Shown one piece after another: positions 40,464 to 64,000 of a stretch of 64,000 nt of DNA. Origin of the DNA: Paraspadella gotoi (lineage: Eukaryota; Animalia; Chaetognatha); contig CM119270.1 of NCBI GenBank assembly GCA_051294375.1, positions 9,059,986 to 9,123,985 on the forward strand. Direction: 5' to 3'. Each line of letters starts with the position of its first letter. Position 1 is the stretch's first letter. A program made the position numbers and the translations under genes. A model generated the notes under the pieces. That model made no database searches. It was given only the letters and a program-made list of their open reading frames with translations, and was not told the DNA's origin.

Positions 40464-41647
40464 TAAGACGATTTTTGCTCCAGGGTGAATAAGAAAAAAT
40501 TGACTATAGTGTTGAGATTCGCGTCAAGAAAAGGAAACGATGAATTTTTTTAGGAACAAGTTTCTTGAACCAAGCATGTAATAATTGTAATTACCTGTTT
40601 TTCTCGTTGTCGACCTCGATTTTTCCTGCGGCGAGATTTAATACCGGTCGCTGTTTGAATGTCGGTGCCGAGATCAACATTGAGCCTTCTTTGGGCTTTT
40701 ATTCTTTGATATACTGAAACGAAAAAATAACGTAGAGATATAAATTTTCAAATTTTCAAATTTTCAAGTAAGCGCAAAGCAGTTTTGCAGAAATTTTAAA
40801 AGTAATGTCCAGCAGGGATAATTATGTTCGTAATAAAGGTTTTCACTATTTTCCGAAAGTGCCCCATTTCTGTTAGTAATCCCAGAAGTTAATTTTATCC
40901 TAAATTTTTTTACCTTAATTCCCTAAACCATAATCTTTATCCATTCTTAACCTTAATCACTAACCGTACTCATAATCCTCAAATATAAAATTATACTTAA
41001 TTCTAAATTTATGCTGAAAATAAAATATTAGATTTACAAAGTGTAGGGTTTATTATTGAACAACGATTTTACAAATTAGATTTGGACATTTTTCGGTCTT
41101 TGTTCAAATCTTCATCAGCGCATTTTTGACAAATTTTGAGATTTGAGAAAATAAAATAGTATAAAAAAAAAAAATCGTTACCAAAACCGCCCTTTGTTAG
41201 TTTTTTTTTTAATAGTAAATGAAATCTCACTGTGAATTTTTTAATTCACAGTAACCTCATAATGAGATTTTATTTACTATTAAATATATTTTTTCGCGGG
41301 TTGTTTTCTTTGACAACGTTAACCTTAACCTTAACCGGCGGAACATGGTTGGATAAGAAAACCATAAAAACTACTTATAACTTCAAGGGCAACAGCTCAG
41401 ACGTTAAGTATTAAGTAATGAGACGCATAAATATTTATCACTTGTCTTTCTTCGGAGTTCTGGAATACAAATTACGATCTTCTTTTGAACATTCCAAATC
41501 TATTTGTACTAAAACCCTAAACTTTAAATAATTTTTTAAATTTTTTTTAATTAAAAAAAATATTATTTATAGAAAATTATAATTTGGGTTCAACCAAACA
41601 GAAGTAAAACTTATTTTTATCTCTAATTCACTTTCTTTTTACCACTG

Positions 41648-41688
<41 letters not shown>

Positions 41689-41838
41689 TTTTATTTTCTC
41701 TCTCTCGCTCTTTATCTCTCTCTCTCTCTCTCTCCTTTCACTCTCTTTTTTTTCTTCTCTCTCTCGCTATTTTTTCTTTCTCTCTCTCACTCTCTCTCTC
41801 TCTCTCTTTTTTTTTCTTTCTCTCCTCTCTCTCTTTTT

Positions 41839-41972
<134 letters not shown>

Positions 41973-42193
41973 CCCTTTTTGAAACGTCTAAGTTTTTTTA
42001 TGATTTGCAAGAAACTATGACCCTCAGCATCTCTTTCTTTAAACAAAAAACTTCAGATGATTTCGTTTTAAATCCTTTTAATTTTTTAGTAATTAAACCA
42101 ATATTTTAGGTAAAATCCTTATCGTCTATCAAACATAAAAATTTAAGCAATTAATAAAAATAATTATAAAAAAGAGCATCACTTCAACCAAAA

Positions 42194-63226
<21,033 letters not shown>

Positions 63227-63364
63227 GTGAGGAGAGTGTGAGGGTGAATGAGTGGTAAGTAATTCGGGTGAGGAAAGGCGGGGAAGGTAGATTATGGGTT
63301 CTTAAGAGAACGACTACATGAGAAGATTGAAGGGAAAAGGAACAGGGAAAGTTTTTGAAAAATA

Positions 63365-63973
63365 CTATCTAGGAAAAAAGTATATCACATAATTGTTGCG
63401 ATAATCCTTTCTTTTTCGTTGTTTTTAATTTTGTAATTATTACAACGATTTGATGAAGGCTTGAAGTCAACAAGCCGAAACATGTCCATCTCTTAATAAA
63501 AATAAAAATCGTTGTAATAATTTCAAAACACTTTGCTTTCACATAATTGTTGAAAAGTTTATTTATTCAATAAAAAATATACCAAATATGGGTAAAACAT
63601 TTTAAATATTTGGTATTCCTTCCTTTGGCATCAACTACTGCCTGCATTTGTCTGGGTATGACGGTAAAATGTTTTTTCACACCTTTAATGCGATTCTTTT
63701 CAACCTATCCAACGATATTGCGCTTTTTTCCTTCTTTTTTAAAAGCTAAAAGGGCACTTTTATGAACATAAAAAGGTGCTATGCCAAATTGTTTAAAAAA
63801 TTTGAGGTATGTAGAAATGTTTTATTGCCTGTAATTTCAAAATGATTTAAGCTACAAAAAATTGGAAGGAAATTCAGTGTAGATTTGAAAATATTCTGAT
63901 TTTTTATTAAGTTTCAAAAGTTTTTGAGTAGATATCCTCTACTAAAAATGTAATATACTTTTTTCCTAGATGG
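63365..63973. mobile_element. MITE (CTATCTAGGAAAAAAGT family) containing a hammerhead-bearing insertion
   Basis: TIRs and body align with 13329-13887 except for an extra segment at 63399-63552. Confidence 0.8.
63450..63486 (+). ncRNA. Minimal hammerhead-ribozyme-like motif (Penelope-type)
   Basis: TTGATGA-A-GGCTTG-AAGTCAA-CAAGCC-GAAAC-ATGTC: perfect 6-bp stem II, palindromic minimal stem III, GUC cleavage triplet. C3 is T here and stem I is poor. Confidence 0.55.
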
Positions 63974-64000
63974 TTCACGAAGGTATCCGTTGTTGTTTAT

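Overview
Eukaryotic window, most likely from an invertebrate animal: AT-rich, dense in (GA)n microsatellites, with GC-richer spliced exons. Three host genes are supported. (1) The last four exons of a calexcitin/SCP-family EF-hand gene (+, 3621-9338). (2) An intronless SLC35G/EamA-type transporter (-), split inside its ORF by a young, full-length CsRN1-clade Ty3/Gypsy retrotransposon (28302-35009). (3) A DLEC1/CFAP81-like ciliary gene of about 36 exons (+, 42194 to beyond the window end), greatly expanded by acidic/low-complexity inserts. A 25-N gap (37682-37706) separates two near-identical copies of about 5 kb, probably an uncollapsed haplotype, which differ by one MITE. The repeats include four Helentron/HINE-like elements carrying 18-bp satellites, TA-inserting MITEs, a tRNA-like SINE and a second Gypsy 3' fragment. 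The most intriguing signals are a family of short Penelope-type repeats carrying minimal hammerhead-ribozyme motifs, and an intronic element with inverted LTR-like arms, tRNA-Leu-complementary tails and an 87-bp tandem array. I see no prokaryotic-type system such as CRISPR. Protein identifications rest on motifs I remember, not on database searches.
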